Positions 27,980 through 43,371 of a stretch of 64,000 bases of DNA are shown in pieces (position 1 is the first letter of the stretch; every line of letters begins with the position of its first letter). Source of the DNA: the human T2T-CHM13v2.0 reference genome, Homo sapiens; the NCBI RefSeq assembly GCF_009914755.1, contig NC_060936.1; one strand, written 5' to 3'. Below the pieces are notes generated by a model, which searched no databases, was not told where the DNA came from, and saw only the letters and a list, made by a program, of their open reading frames with translations. Both the position numbers and the translations under genes were made by a program.

Positions 27980-30289
27980 GCTGTATTTTTTAATATATAT
28001 TCCAAGGTATTTGGGTTTTGTGATTGCAAGTAAACCGTGATTTTTAACCTCTTTTTTCCAATTAAACAAAATTTTATGTTAAATTGTGTGTCTGATAAAT
28101 AAAAATAAAATTGACTTTTGTATACTGAAAAACAGTACTTAGAATAAGAATGGAGGGAAAATGGACCAGCTGTAGACATTTCACAGATAGAAGAAAAATT
28201 AATGTGGGAAGTACTATCGAGAAAGAGAAGAGGGATAGATGACTTCGCTCTTCTGGGTTTCAGCTAAAAATCTAAGTGAATAGCTAATAGGAGGCAAAGA
28301 AGCTTGTTCAGAGGAAAATGAATGAAACAAGATGTTGAGCCTTAAGGTAAGATGCCTAATAAACTGAATATGGGACTTTGAAACTCAGGAGAGTATACAG
28401 AGCTAGAATCATAAGTTTGCCAATGACAAATTGATACTCATGTTACTAAATTAGGTGAGAAGGGACAAGATCTGTTGCTCAAGATATATGAATGGTAGAT
28501 TGGACCTGTGTGGAAGTTTTCTTCTGAGAGATTTTGTTGCTGAAATAGAAAAGGAAGAGGCAGCTGAGAATCTGAAGACATGGGAAGTGTTGGAAATTTG
28601 CGCAGAGCAGAGATGTTACAAAGTCAAAGATTTGTTAGAGTAATTTTTCGGGGGGAATAAAGTAGAATGGTAGTGTTACACTAGGGGGTCTGCCTAAATT
28701 ATTGCTTATGAGCTGAACTTAAAACTGGTCAGCAAGTGTGTGCGGTTTTATTTTGCCATCTTTAGCTTCCCAAGTATTGGCATACTTAAAACCAGGGCTG
28801 GATTTAACCGTGGGAGTTTGGACATGTTAGTGTAATGATAAGGGGTTGGAGGGAGAGCAGAAGTAGGGATAGGGAAAGAGAAGCAGGAAGAGAAGAGAGA
28901 ATTGTTTTGTTCAGTAACTATTTTTTAAGTAACCAGAATTGTCAGCACATAACATATAGTTAAAACCAAGTTTTGACTGCCTAGAACAAGAAGCATTTCA
29001 AGGAAGAAATTGCTCCAGAAAAATGCTTACAGCAAGTTTTTTTTTTCTGCAAGTACATGAAAAGCAACTTGAATAAAGAGTTGAGAAGAAAGATATAAAA
29101 AGGTAAAATTAAAATTCATTTGATAGTTTTTATTCATCTAAATTCATATTAAGGATAAAAATCTTGAACTAAATTGACTATTGTGGGAAATTAAACCTGA
29201 AGAAAAAAATACAGAAACATAAAGATTCTAAGAATGGATTTTAATTAATGTTAAACAAGTTCTCAAACCAGAAAGTCATCGGCATTAGTCAATACAGTGT
29301 AAAGAAAAATACATTTTTGTTTTTTAATTATTCTCCTCACGGAAATAGTGTTTACAATATTATGTGTGATCAGCAAAATGTAGCAAGTTAATCCTATTCT
29401 CATAAGAACAATTTCAAGTCCAAGAGCCTCCTTTATAAAATGCAGGGCACATATTGGTTACTTTTTATTGATTTAGACAATATATGAGTTGTCAGAAAAA
29501 TCCCATTTTTAAAATCTACAACATGATTTCCTAACTGTAGGTGTTTTAAAACAATCGTTAGTTACTTTTTTGAGCCAAAATAAATTCACTTCATGTTGAA
29601 GATCTATAATCTTAATCATTGTGTCTTTTCTTGTTTTTCTAACTAGTGTACCTTAATGGCTGACTGCTCAAAAGGAGATTAGATATTTTGCTACAAGTGT
29701 ACTTGTTACAGGGCTGTTTCATTTTGAACCGAATGGGAAGAACTGCTTATTAATTCAAGCCACTTTTTTTGAACTGACATTTCCCTAATTTCATCAGTAG
29801 AAGTAGCAGCTATTTTATGCTGCTGCATTCCATGTTATTAATGATAGTTCATTTTATAGACCAATGTCCTTTCTCCCTGCAAAACAAGTTTAACTCAATG
29901 TGTGACTGAGCACTATTTGTACTACAGCAATAAGCATCTATAACAATGATCTATGGAAAGATGCATCTTGAGTTTCAACTGGTGATACTAGACAAACCTC
30001 TCCTTTTTAAACTTTCCACCCCTATTCTAGCAGCAGCAGATAATCTATGGGAAAATTATAGGGGTAGAAAGGAATGAATGAGAGGCAAGGTGACACCGGG
30101 ACCTCAAGTCTCTCCTGGACTTGTTTATTCTGATTGTCTATCAAAAGAGAATTACCTCTGTACATCAGTAAACCTGAATTACAGAGAAGAGTTAAGTCAA
30201 TTACAGGTGTTCTAATTGTAGCAAAATTGCAATAAGGCCTGGAATGACATGGATATAAGACTTTATTTCCTCAACTCTCATGCATTCTA

Positions 30290-31700
30290 CATTTATTAAT
30301 AATAATGGTATGCTAGACCCTATGTTAATAACTAACATACAAAGATAATTACAACATGGTACCTGTAAGAGGAGGGGATAATAATTGAGAGAAGAGATAG
30401 TCAGTGGGCATATGAATACACAGGAGTATCATGGATATATGAAAAAGTGATGGAACAAGAGTTTAGTGTAGTAGATGCAGTCTGTATTGTTAGGACTTTG
30501 AAGTCAATCTAAGTTTGAGGATTTATTTTTTCCTATGCACAATGGATTCATCATAAATAATTAAATATTTTTAAAGCCAGAGAATGATATCCCAGTATTT
30601 GAATTTTAGAAAGATCATCCTGGCATGATTGTGGAGAGGATCAATGAAGATACAAAACCTTGAAATAGGGAATCTATCAAGGAGAATTCAGAGAGGACTT
30701 CATAGGACTCTAAGAAAGAACATTTGGAAAGGTTAAAAGAAAACTAACAATATGTCAGAATAATGGGTATGTCCATACAACAAATACAAAACCTCTTTTA
30801 ATTTGTGTTCAACTGTAGCAAATGTTGATCATTAGCAATCTTTGACATGGCAATTTCAATGGATTACTGGAGGAAAAACTCTAATTACACAAAAAAGATT
30901 TCAGGAAATATAACCAGGTGAGGATGACTCTAAAAAGAATGGTTAGCCTAGAAAGAGAATGTCATGAAATGCTATTTAGAGGGGAAAATAGGCTTATATA
31001 AAATACATTTCGAACATTTGTGTATAGAGGGATATATGTACACATTTGTATATAATAGACCAAAAATCTAATAGAGACAGAGATTGAAAATGGATCAAAA
31101 GAAGAAATATTAGTTAACTAAGTCAAGATAGCTAAGAAAGAGTAGACAATATGCCAAACCTGTTGGAAGTATTTTTTATTCAAGTGAAGGATCATGTCTT
31201 CTGGCTGAGATGGAAAAAATGTGATAAGCTTTTCAGGATAAATTAACTGTGGGATGGAAAAATTTACATTCTGAGATAAAAATTTTTCTTTATAAATCAG
31301 TATTTGATTTAATTATGAATCAGGCTTATATTAAATTGGTAAAGGACTTTTAGAGAGAATGCTGGAGATTTTTAAATGACTGTCATACAAAACAGAAGAC
31401 TGAATAGCTGTGACATTAAGAAATATTGACCAGAGGCACTGGTTACCCAGTTGAGGATTGACACTACACCTGGATATTGGCAGCAATCTTATTAGTTTCA
31501 AAAATGTTTCTAGACTAAATGCTCACATTTGGCCAGGTTAAGGTGCAAGAGAGTAACTAGATTAGACCCTGCAGAATAACAGGAACAAAGAAGTAGGAGT
31601 ATCATGTAAATGGCACTTGATATAGATCTCATGGGTTTTGGATGAGCACATAAGGAAGTGTAGCCAGGAAGAAGTTGTGAAAAATTAGGAAAAGGACTAA
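30290..31700 (-). mobile_element. Highly degraded L2-like region
   Basis: Purine-rich; catttattaa...tatgctagac and ttttagaaagatcatcctggc are L2-like. Confidence 0.4.
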
Positions 31701-31720
31701 ACAAGATACAACATGCTCAA

Positions 31721-32051
31721 TATTATGAGTTGAATCATGTCACTCAGAAGATATGTTGACATCTTAACCTTTGGTATCTACAGCTGTAACTTCATTTGGC
31801 ATTAGGGTCTTCATTGCAGATATAATCAAGTTAAGATGATATCATTGGACTGGGCCTTAAATTAATATGAATCCAGAAGTCAGAAAAAGCAAGGAAAGAT
31901 TATTTCCTACAGGTTTCAAAAGAAACATGGCCCGCCACCACTTTGATTTCAGACTTTTTTTGCCTCCAGAACCATGAGACAATACATTTCTATTTTTTTA
32001 AGCCATCTAATTTATGGTATGTTGTTACAACAGCACTAGGAAACTAATACA
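31721..32051 (+). mobile_element. MLT1 (B/C-type) LTR, internally deleted
   Basis: gcagatataatcaagttaagatga; gcctccagaaccatgagacaatacatttct; ends ctaggaaactaataca. Confidence 0.85.
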
Positions 32052-32759
32052 TCCAATAAAAATTATCACCAACAGTCTGCATCGGTCAACTGGTTGTTAG
32101 AATGCAGAGACAACTAAATAGTTGAATATTTTTTTTTCAAAATTGGTTGGTTTATGAGATATATGATAAGAATATAGATAAGTGGATTGAACAATTGTTT
32201 GCACATTCCTATCTTAAAATATTTTAATGTTTTATATTAAATAACATGACCACAATGACCAATAGAATGACCACAGTGTTCTTCAGTGTTGAAAGAGCTT
32301 AAATTTTCAATAATCTTTAAGGCTAAAGTATACCTTGTTAAAATAAAGTAAAAACGTAAGTAATCATGTTATCTGCTTAAATGTTGAAAAATCTATTGAT
32401 GGAAGTTTATTTGCATTTTCTACCCCAAACAAAGCATATACAACTAATAATCCTATTTATCTGCTTTAGTATTAGTAATTTAATTAAATTAGAATTTATG
32501 TAAATTGAACAAAATATATTAGAATTAAACATTCACCCTGACTGTGAATGTGGGTACCTGTATATATTTTTGACTTATAAATGCTTGACATAAATGGTTG
32601 GCTTAATATTTAAATTTTTGCATGTTTACATTCTTTGAATGAGATATATTTATAGGCAGTATTTGCAATATGAAATTTTATTTCCACCATGCATTATGTA
32701 TATTTCATGGATGAAGGAGAGATACTTTCTTTTAATAAGAATATTAATGGTGATAATGA

Positions 32760-33010
32760 TGATAATAATAAGACCTAGGATTTAATTAGTGCTTATTTTA
32801 TCACATACTTTACATAGACTATCTAATTTAATTATCAAAAGCCAAAAAACAAGCAAAACTACAAAGTAGCTGTAATTATTATGCTCATTTGCAAATGAAA
32901 AAACTGTTGCTTATAAACTGAGTTTCTTGCCCAACATTATACAACTAAGAAATGGTGGAGACAAGACTAGAGTCCTATCACATTCCAAAACCTTTATGGT
33001 TAATAAGTAT
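32760..33010 (-). mobile_element. MIR
   Basis: attattatgctcatttgcaaatgaaaaaactg...cttgcccaac. Confidence 0.6.
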
Positions 33011-33268
33011 ATTATTTGAATAAATTTTGTAAATACGTATTCAAAGAATGTACATTCTTTGCACAAACTTTTTTTAGCTATTGAAAAATAAAAGCCATTT
33101 AGAAGGGCTATTGATAAAATATTCTACAATCTTAATTTTCTCATTTCAAATGCTGCTCATGACTAACTGTAGGTAGATTGAATGATCAGAGCATATGATT
33201 TGTGAATCATTCATATAAACATAAGTCTGGGTTATGCTAGAGTGGTTGATGGATGGCCTGAGTTTTTA

Positions 33269-33600
<332 letters not shown>

Positions 33601-35065
33601 GTAATGAATAAGTATTCATTTTTGTTGAAAAAGTGAATAAGTGAAAGTATAAATGCATATTTAGAGAATATTGCAAAGAACTGAGCTCATCAGCAACTGA
33701 TTACAAGGAGTACCAATAAGGAGAAACAAAGTTTAAAAAGAGTAAAGCATCATGTGTGTAGAAGGAAGAAAGAGTATTAAAGAAATTGCAAATATAACTA
33801 GCTAGGGAAGGAAAGAAAATTGAAAAAAGTTGATTGGACTCTGCCAAGAAATCACTTAGGTCACTGTAAAAATAACAGTAGAAAGTTGAGGTCAAATATT
33901 CTGCTGAAATTATTTCCTAGAAAAAATGCTCATATTTTTGTTTCACTCACAACTTTCAGACCTTTCTCTAGGTTAAAGAGTTATTATGGTTATTGCAAAA
34001 GACGTTACAGAACAGCAAAACAAAACCTTTTCCAAAATTTCATCTATATAGTGTGTTTCAATCAAATGCATTCATGAGGGAAAAAATATAACATTATTTC
34101 TCCCTCCAACTTTTAAAATTTCATGATCTGTTATAAAATTATTACTGAAATATGAGGTTATTAATGTAGAATTTAATAAAATTTTAGGATTTCTTATACC
34201 TAAATTAAGATAATTTCTTCAATCTTACAGATCTGTTAAAAATTTCTGCTCAAAGTCCTTTATCCAAAACCCTAATTCCAAGGACTTGAACCAGTCATAT
34301 TAAAAATGAACAAAGAAACTGAGTTTTATTTCAGCCTCTTTGAGATATACATACATATATATGTACATATATCCATACATACATAAATTTTAAATTATAT
34401 ATAAATATATATCACATAGATAATTTAAATTTGAAAATTATACAAATTAACATTACCAGTTTTGCAACTCAGTGAGTTTTCCAGCTTCCTAGATCAAGGA
34501 ATAAATTAAGAGGCCTATTCTGAATTCTGAAAGGGGACCAGAAGAATAAAAGCATGACATTTTAGTCTTACACAAATCTTCTGAAGGGAGTAAAAAAGAA
34601 GTAAAAATAGAGCAATGGATAGTAATATTTTGGTACTCAAGTGGAGATGAATGGACAAGGCCATTTCACTTCATGAAGTTTTCTTGTAGTGGATGGTAAT
34701 GAAAGAAAAATGAGACCTAAACACTCAAGGACTCAATGTGTTTGTGATAATGTGAAGGGTGTGTTTCATGGTACTGGAGAAGGAAGGCTAATATTGACCC
34801 TATGTATTAAGAGAGTTGTATCAGGGCATAGAAAAAAGCATGGGTAGAAATTACTTTGTATGTTATGTGTTAAGTGCAGCAGCAAAGGTGAGGAAAACAG
34901 AGATAGGAAAAAACACTACTTAAACTTAGCTTAAATATGACTGTCTTTCCCATAGTTTAGGAATTGCAATAAAGACCATAATTTTTTTTTAAAAGTTAAC
35001 CATTTTAAGTAGGATTCTGAAACTCTGAGTTATTCATGTAGACTTGGAAAAAAATGCATTTTACA

Positions 35066-35378
35066 GGCCTGGTGTGGTGGCTTATACTCATAATCCCAGC
35101 ACTTTGGGAGGGTGGGGTGGGGGAATTGCTTGACCCCAGGAGTTTGAGACCACCCTTGGCAACATGGTGAAAACTTTTGTCTCTAAGAACGATTTTTAAA
35201 AATTAGCGGAGCATGGTGGCATGTGCCCGCAGTCCCAGTTACTCTCGAGGCGGGAGTGGGAGGATCACTTGAGCCCAGAGGTTAAAACCTGCAGTGAACT
35301 ATGATTGTGCCACTACACTGCAGTCTGGACTACAAAGCAAGATCCTGTCTCAAAAGGAAAATTAAAAAAAAATTAAAA
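35066..35378 (+). mobile_element. AluJ SINE
   Basis: ggaggatcacttgagcccag; TSD tgcattttaca. Confidence 0.92.
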
Positions 35379-35745
35379 CTGCATTTTACAAGTGTTTACT
35401 GTTTAAGCTAATGCATAGGTAGCAAGACTATTCATTGGTTCTCTAAATTCGCAATATTTACAGTACCATAAAATAGGCTGGGCCACCTCTTAGCAGCTCA
35501 TAATATGAAGTCATTGCTGAGATGAATTGCAAATACTACCAGTTCATCTCCATAAGAAATAAACCGTAGAAAAATTCATAATACTTTAAGAACCACATTT
35601 TGCTTTGAGATGTATAACAACTTGCATTCCAAGATTCCTAATATTATAGTTTGAAACAATTTTAATTTAGAAATATATCCAGTTCCATATAGCCTGCTAC
35701 TTGAACAGTTTGGCCATAAAAAATCAAGAATAAATATTTACCTGA

Positions 35746-35917
35746 CATATATATATATATATATATACACACACATATATATGTGTGTGTGTGTATGTAT
35801 ACATACACACATATGTATATACATATATATGTGTATATATATACATACATGTATATGTGTATATATACATACGTGTATATGTGTATATATACATACATAT
35901 ACATGTGTATATATATA
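35746..35917. repeat. Complex (TA)/(CA)/(TG) alternating purine-pyrimidine tract
   Basis: Read directly. Confidence 0.92.
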
Positions 35918-36459
35918 CTTTTTCTGGTAAAATCTGAATCATAGAAGTTATGCTGCACATCCTTTCAAATTGGTTCACATTTCAAAACTCCTTTTATAGT
36001 AATAAAATATAGTGAGACATTGTGAACCAAACAAAATTTAATGTCAGTAGGAATTTGAGTATCTTCTCTGGAAAGTAGAATATACACCTTTAAACTTGGG
36101 TCTTCTTTGTCCTGACTTTTGCTGACTTTTGAATGTCTCTACATGGCAGAAGTAAAATTGAGCATTTCTATGTAACAGCATTAATGATCAGATAATCAAT
36201 TACACAAAAAAAGTGTTTAGGCTATACCTATGGTTCGGATAATTGTTCTACCCCTTGCTGGTAAAGTGACATTTAGATTTCCAGAAGTTAGGCCCATGGT
36301 ACATTCATCAAATTCATTATTCTTTACATATTGATTGATTGAACTGAAGCTCATACCTTTGGTTGTCAAAAATCTCTTTTTCCAGAAATATATTTTTTCC
36401 CAAATAACCCTATTTAATGATTTGCCAAGCAGCCTATGCTTGTTAAAAGACCTTGGATT

Positions 36460-36758
<299 letters not shown>

Positions 36759-39609
36759 ACCTTGGATTAAAAACCAAATGTAAAATATAAAGAGAAAAAT
36801 ATAAGTCCCACATATCATGCGTATGTTATATCTGGTATATGATCAAGGAAATAAAAAAGTACATAAATTTGAAGTATAAGCAGAAATTGTAAGTCTTAAT
36901 TTGTAAGTCATTCTGAAGAGTTATTCTCAATTACTTAAATGTATGACAAAACCAGTTTAGGCAGAGAAACTAGGTTACTTACTAGTGGTTTGTTACAAAA
37001 TATGTTTTCCTTGAATTGAGGCTTAGAAATGGAGTTTTATCCAAAGATAAGACAGAATGATACAGATTGACAGAATGATGAAAATCAAGGGGGACCCACA
37101 ACTCTAAAAAAATGGAGATAGCATTAATATGAAATATTCAACCATCCCAAAACCTTTTTACTCAAATCTGCCCTTCAACCATTCCTATCCTTCTTTACTC
37201 CTTCTCTCACCCTAGCTTAAACACAAGATTAACTGAAGTACAAAATTCTGTCAGCAGATATATAGCCGCTGTTCAAAACCTTGGAACTATAAGAAGTCCT
37301 GGATTGTTGCCTTAATTATTAAAAATATAACTTATGAGAAACCAATTTATTTTCAAAATTTACTCACAGATCAGTTAAAAGAACATCAGTATCACTGAAA
37401 CAGTCATGCATTTGGAAAAATATCATTTTTCAACCCTTGACATCTTAAAGCTTGCTACAGCTTATAAAAACACAAGCAAACCAAAATCTCTGGTTGTAAG
37501 AATGTGCTGTAGACTAAATCTTATGGCCAACATGCAACTTCTGTGTCAAATAAATGACATTTTAAAATCAATTTTCATGCCTATGCTAACTCTCAATTTA
37601 AAAAGAATCATAAAATTTCTATTTCCTTTTTATAACATAACATGGGTCAATATTCTGGCTAATGTGACACAATTCAATAAAGATATTGTGGAATAATTTA
37701 AAATTCAATTGTACTGGCAATTAGTTTCCATTTCAATATACTCTTCTGAAATTGTTGTATTTTATTTTGGAAAAAAAACATAGAGTATCTGGGTTACTGT
37801 GACAAACAAGTTTTTTTCTGCACTGCATCCCTCCAGCAAGGGCTTAATATATCTGATATGTCATAGTCAACATTCCTGCTAATCTTTCCCACCAGTGTCA
37901 AGTGCTGAGAGCCATCACCTATTCATTTTGTTGTATAGTGGAGGAAGAAAGATGTAGAATGGGCAGAAAGTAATCTGCACGAACATCAGAATAATATGGG
38001 CTTTTTGAGCACAGACACAAAAGAGATGCAAGTAGAATTAGAAAATCAGCTGTTTTCTGAGATTTGTTTTGCAACTCTTTCTTTGCCTGTACTGTTTGCT
38101 TGAATGTAAATTATTCTTAATTTTATTATATTACTTAGTTAATGAATGTTTTAAGACTAAAAAAAGTTTCTATTTGTATCAAAACTTTATGGATTTCACA
38201 TATTTCACATCATACAGACAGGGTGCATTAAATAAAACACTATTAAATATTAAATATTTTGACATCTATGAAGCAATATTATTATTATTGTCATTTAACA
38301 TAAAATTATGGAAGTTGGAGTTTTAATATTATGTTAGCATGTAAGTGCTCCATTTAAATAAAAAAAATTAACAAGTCTCAGAAAACATAAGGTAATGATA
38401 GTGTTTTCAATTTTACCAACAGCAATGGAATTTTCTATGATAGAACAACTAAAAATTTGACTATCCACTATATAATTTCTTCTATTGAGTGTTTGTGTGC
38501 AAATGTATGCATGTATAGCACATGTACATGTATAAATGTATGTGTGTGTATAGGGAATATAGTGTAATAATTGAATTATATTTTAATATAATTTTAAGTT
38601 TAATGATACTGGAAATGACTCATGGTAGAAAGAATTGAAAATGAAAACCAGAAAAGTCCAAAACTTGATGTGTAAAATATCCATTCATAATGTATTGAAC
38701 ATTACATTACATTATTATCCATTCATAATGTCTTGCCTGTAATGAACTATTAGCGTGATTCCTCACATTAGAATTGGCACTGTCTTGCCTAATAATGAGA
38801 AAGTAAAAATGAAGTTCTTGTTTTAAAAATGTATCTATTTAGAGCCATACCCATACAAGCTAAATATTTCAAAAAGGAGCCTCAAAGGGGTAGGACATAG
38901 GGAAAATAAGTGTGACTATGCTTTCGAGAGATACAATCTTCCACTTAGAAATATCTGCAAAACTAAGTTGTTAGTATAGGTTAGCAAATCACACACAAGA
39001 AAGGCCTGGTTATTTGTGTAAGGATGAAAGAATGCAAATTAAAGAGAGATCTCTCTTCATAGCTTAAACTTCATTAACCAACATATATAATAAAAACTTT
39101 GATAGAAGGAAATAAAAATTAGAAGCATTGTGTTTAAAATTAGAAGAACCTAGGTTCCAGAATCATTGCAGCCACCTATTAACATCTTTAAACCTCCATT
39201 TCATCACCTGTAAAAGAAGAATCTTAATAGTGCTGATTGTAGCTGTTAAAAGGTTTAGCCTTTCTCTTTAGATTTTTGTCCCCCACTCTTCCAATCATCA
39301 CAGGAAGTGCACTATGCATCCTCCATTTGGTGAGAACCTCTCTTATGTTTTATTCAGTGTTCTTTTTTTAGCCTGAAATAAAATTTCTTACCTTTCTTTT
39401 GATGTGAAAAAATGTTGGCTATATACTTCTTAAAAATTATATTTAACTGTTAGGATTCAAGGGTACCATTCCACCAATTCACTCACCAAACTAATTTCAG
39501 AGTCAGATCTGAGCAACGGCTGACTGTTCTAAATAATACCTCCCCAGCTTCTGAAGCAATGAAATCCATTGATTCCCAAGTGGGGATGGCTGGGCAGCAT
39601 GAATAGCAT

Positions 39610-40170
39610 CTGCATTATAAATACTTATATAGAGCTTAATCTCATATGCCAAGCACTATTCTAAGAACAAATTGATTAAATCAATTAATTCTTATAACAA
39701 TCTAATAAAGGAGGTACTACTAAAAATATATATACATACATATTTAGACAGAATCTCACTCTGACGCACAGGCTGGAGTGCAGTGGTAGGACCCCGGCTC
39801 ACTGCAACCTCTGCCTCCAGGGTTCAAGCAATTCTTCTGCCTCAGCCTCCCGAGTAGCTGGGACTACAGGTGCGTGCTCCAATGCCTGGCTAATTTTTTG
39901 TATTTTTAGTAGAGACGGGGTTTCACCGTGTTAGCCAGGATGGTCTTGATCTTCTGACCTCATGATCCACCTGCCTCAGCCTCCCGAACTGCTGTGATAA
40001 CAGCCGTGAGTCACTGTGCCCGGCCCTACATTTTAAAGCTAAGTCTAGACAGTGAGATAAAGTACCTTATTCAAATTCCCATACTCATTAAGTGATAGAA
40101 TCTGAGTTCAAGCCTAGGCAGCAATGTGGTGGCTCCAGATTTCTTGCTCTGAACATTATACTATGCAGTC
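39610..40170 (-). mobile_element. MIR split by an Alu
   Basis: cttatatagagctta...tgccaagcactattctaag before the Alu; cattttaaag...tgagttcaagcctaggcag after it. Confidence 0.6.
39743..40025 (-). mobile_element. AluSc/Y-type SINE
   Basis: accgtgttagccaggatggtcttgatc; tail decayed to TA. Confidence 0.93.
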
Positions 40171-40232
40171 TTTCATCATAATTTAAGAAGAATGAGAAAT
40201 ACACTGACAATATTTTCAAAACTGTTTAGTAG

Positions 40233-40555
40233 GTAATCTCCACGAGTTGAGGGAGGGACCTGGTGGGAAGTGATTGGATCATGGGGGGTGTTTACCTCAT
40301 GATGTTCTCATGATAGTGAGTGAGTTCTCACGAGATCTGATGGTTTAAAAGTGTAGCACTTCCTCGCTCTTGCTCTCTTGCTCTGTCTCTCCTGCCAACA
40401 TGTAAGATGCACCTTGCTACTCCTTCACTTTCTGCCATAATTGTAAGTTTCCTGAGGCCTCTGCAGCCATGCAGAACTGTGAGTCAATTAAACTTGTTTT
40501 ATTAATAAATTACGCAGTCTCCAGTAGTATCTTTATAGCAATGAAAAAACAAATT
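40233..40555 (+). mobile_element. MSTA-type solo LTR, 5'-clipped
   Basis: gtgattggatcatggggg...gtgagtgagttctcacgagatctgatggtttaaaagtgt...gaactgtgagtcaattaaac. Confidence 0.9.
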
Positions 40556-41339
40556 ACTATACTGTTATACATATTATACCTGTATTTGACCACTTGCATC
40601 CTAGCACTGTTAAGTTGCAGATGGTATTGAGGACATTCTCTAATGCCTTTGACTCCAAAATCTTGCACCAGCCAAAATCTTGCACTAGCCAGCAAAGGAA
40701 ATTACATGATGATCCCTTTTCAATGAGAAGACTGAAGTATTGCATGCATATAACTTTATCAATATCTTGGGTATTTCCAAGATGAATGAATGGGTATTAA
40801 TTTACATTTGTATAACTAAAGACTCATTCTGATTATTTCTTCTAATTTGCAAATGACTTATTTTCTTTTAATATTTAAACTGTTTTAATAAAATTAATGT
40901 GCCAATATTAATAATCATATACTCCAGTCCAGATTATACTCATGATATATTTTATCTCAATAAAATAAAAATTAAAAAGTTTTCCTCTTTTTATAATAGA
41001 AGCAAACTATGTTAATGCAATAAACATATTTAAATATCTGAGTGTATTTCACTTAATAACTGTATTAGAAGTATACAACTTATTTTGCAGTCATTCAAAT
41101 AGGCAGTATATTATGGCATCTGCCCCTTAACAAGTCTCCTCTGAATGTGTGGTCCATCAGTCATTGACTCTTCGGGTAAAATCTATTTCAGCAATGTCCT
41201 TAGAGTACTGGTGTGTATTTTTAGCTCAAGAAAATGGAAAACCTTACGCTGCCATTCGTTTACCGATTGGCTCACGAGTTTTCTGCATTATTACTAGATA
41301 TTGAGAAGAGCAGAAAGTGAACTATAAGAGTAAAATTAT

Positions 41340-41600
41340 AATTATCATTAGTGATCATTTATAAGTCACAAGACACTATAATAAACACATTTATCTTAGT
41401 TATTTTCACATATGAAAAATAATAATCATATGTATAATAAAGTATCATTCACCATATACAAATAAGGAAACAAAGGCTTAGGGATGTCAGGCAACTTGCT
41501 CAGGCTAATTCAGCTAACCTGTGGCAGAAATGTTTCTGGAATCCAGGTAGACTGATCCAAAGCCTCTGCTCCAAATGCATACTCCATTCAGTGCTATATA
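41340..41600 (-). mobile_element. MIR
   Basis: aaataaggaaacaaaggcttaggg...caacttgctcagg...cagcta. Confidence 0.65.
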
Positions 41601-41635
41601 AAGACATGACTACAAGTTCAAGATAAAAAGAGAAG

Positions 41636-41982
<347 letters not shown>

Positions 41983-42708
41983 TTACACCATTGTCCTATT
42001 CAAGTGTCCATGCCTTATTAATGTCAGCTAACTGGGGAAGGAGGTATTGGGGAAAGAAAGGCCATCACAGATTTGGGATACTATTGTTATAGCTTTGTTC
42101 TATAAGCTTCTTGGAGGGAAAAGTGTGTGTTTCCCTAAGAGGGGCTGCCTTCTACCTTTAGCAGGCAGCTTTGATGCTTCCATTCTACATTTACACATAA
42201 ATGGACATGTATTTCATATTACTGTTGCTCTGACTTTGACCATCCAATTACTGGAGAGGTAGAGAGTATTATACATAATATTATAATGCCACATTAATAG
42301 AGTTTAAAATGTGCTAACAATTTTAATTAAGATAATTATACATATTATAATTATAGTATATATTTTCTTTTACTTTTTATCTTTTCAAAAGGAAAAGTTA
42401 ATAATATCATGGTTCTGTACTTAATGAAGCATAATTTTGTTTAAATTATAGAATTATTTCATTCTCCCATCCACCTTACACACACACAGACACACTCTAG
42501 CACACACATGCACATGTGCACACACCCTCTTATCCATTCAGGAAGATAAGCTTTCACATCCTTAGTAGTCACATTCTTAGTTTTCCCAAAAAAGAAACTC
42601 CATTCCATTTATACTTGTGGAAATGAAGTATATAATTGCCATATGTTCTCTAAAATGTCATAAAAGGTGAACATTTTCATTCACATGGAATATTTAAAAG
42701 CTAATATA

Positions 42709-43073
<365 letters not shown>

Positions 43074-43129
43074 TTAAAATATCAGGTTACAGGAATAAAC
43101 AATGCAGATGTTACATACATTTCAAGATC

Positions 43130-43320
43130 GAATTATTTATTTAGATTATTTCATTTAATTATATAAAATAGGTGTTATTATCTCCATGCTAAAGATGAGG
43201 AAATGCAGAGTGTACAGTTTAGGTTAATTGCTCAAGTTCCTAATAACTGGCAGGTAATATAAGTAGGGTTTGAACTAAGCCTCTCTGATCCTCGTGTACT
43301 CATTCTTAACCATGTATCTA
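43130..43320 (-). mobile_element. MIR
   Basis: taggtgttattatctccatg...agatgaggaaa...ggtttgaact...cattcttaacca. Confidence 0.65.
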
Positions 43321-43371
43321 CAGAGAGCAGGACTGAGGAGCATAATAGAAAAGAATCTCTGAAAAGCAGGG

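Noticed and set aside
35662-35978. Y/I/H/C-rich ORFs
   Set aside because: Translations of a TA/CA microsatellite
41145-41303. Ig-domain-like peptides VIDSSGKIYFSNVL and EYWCV on the plus strand
   Set aside because: They are in different frames, too close together for an Ig fold, have an in-frame stop just upstream, and lack convincing splice sites; a translated search would settle it
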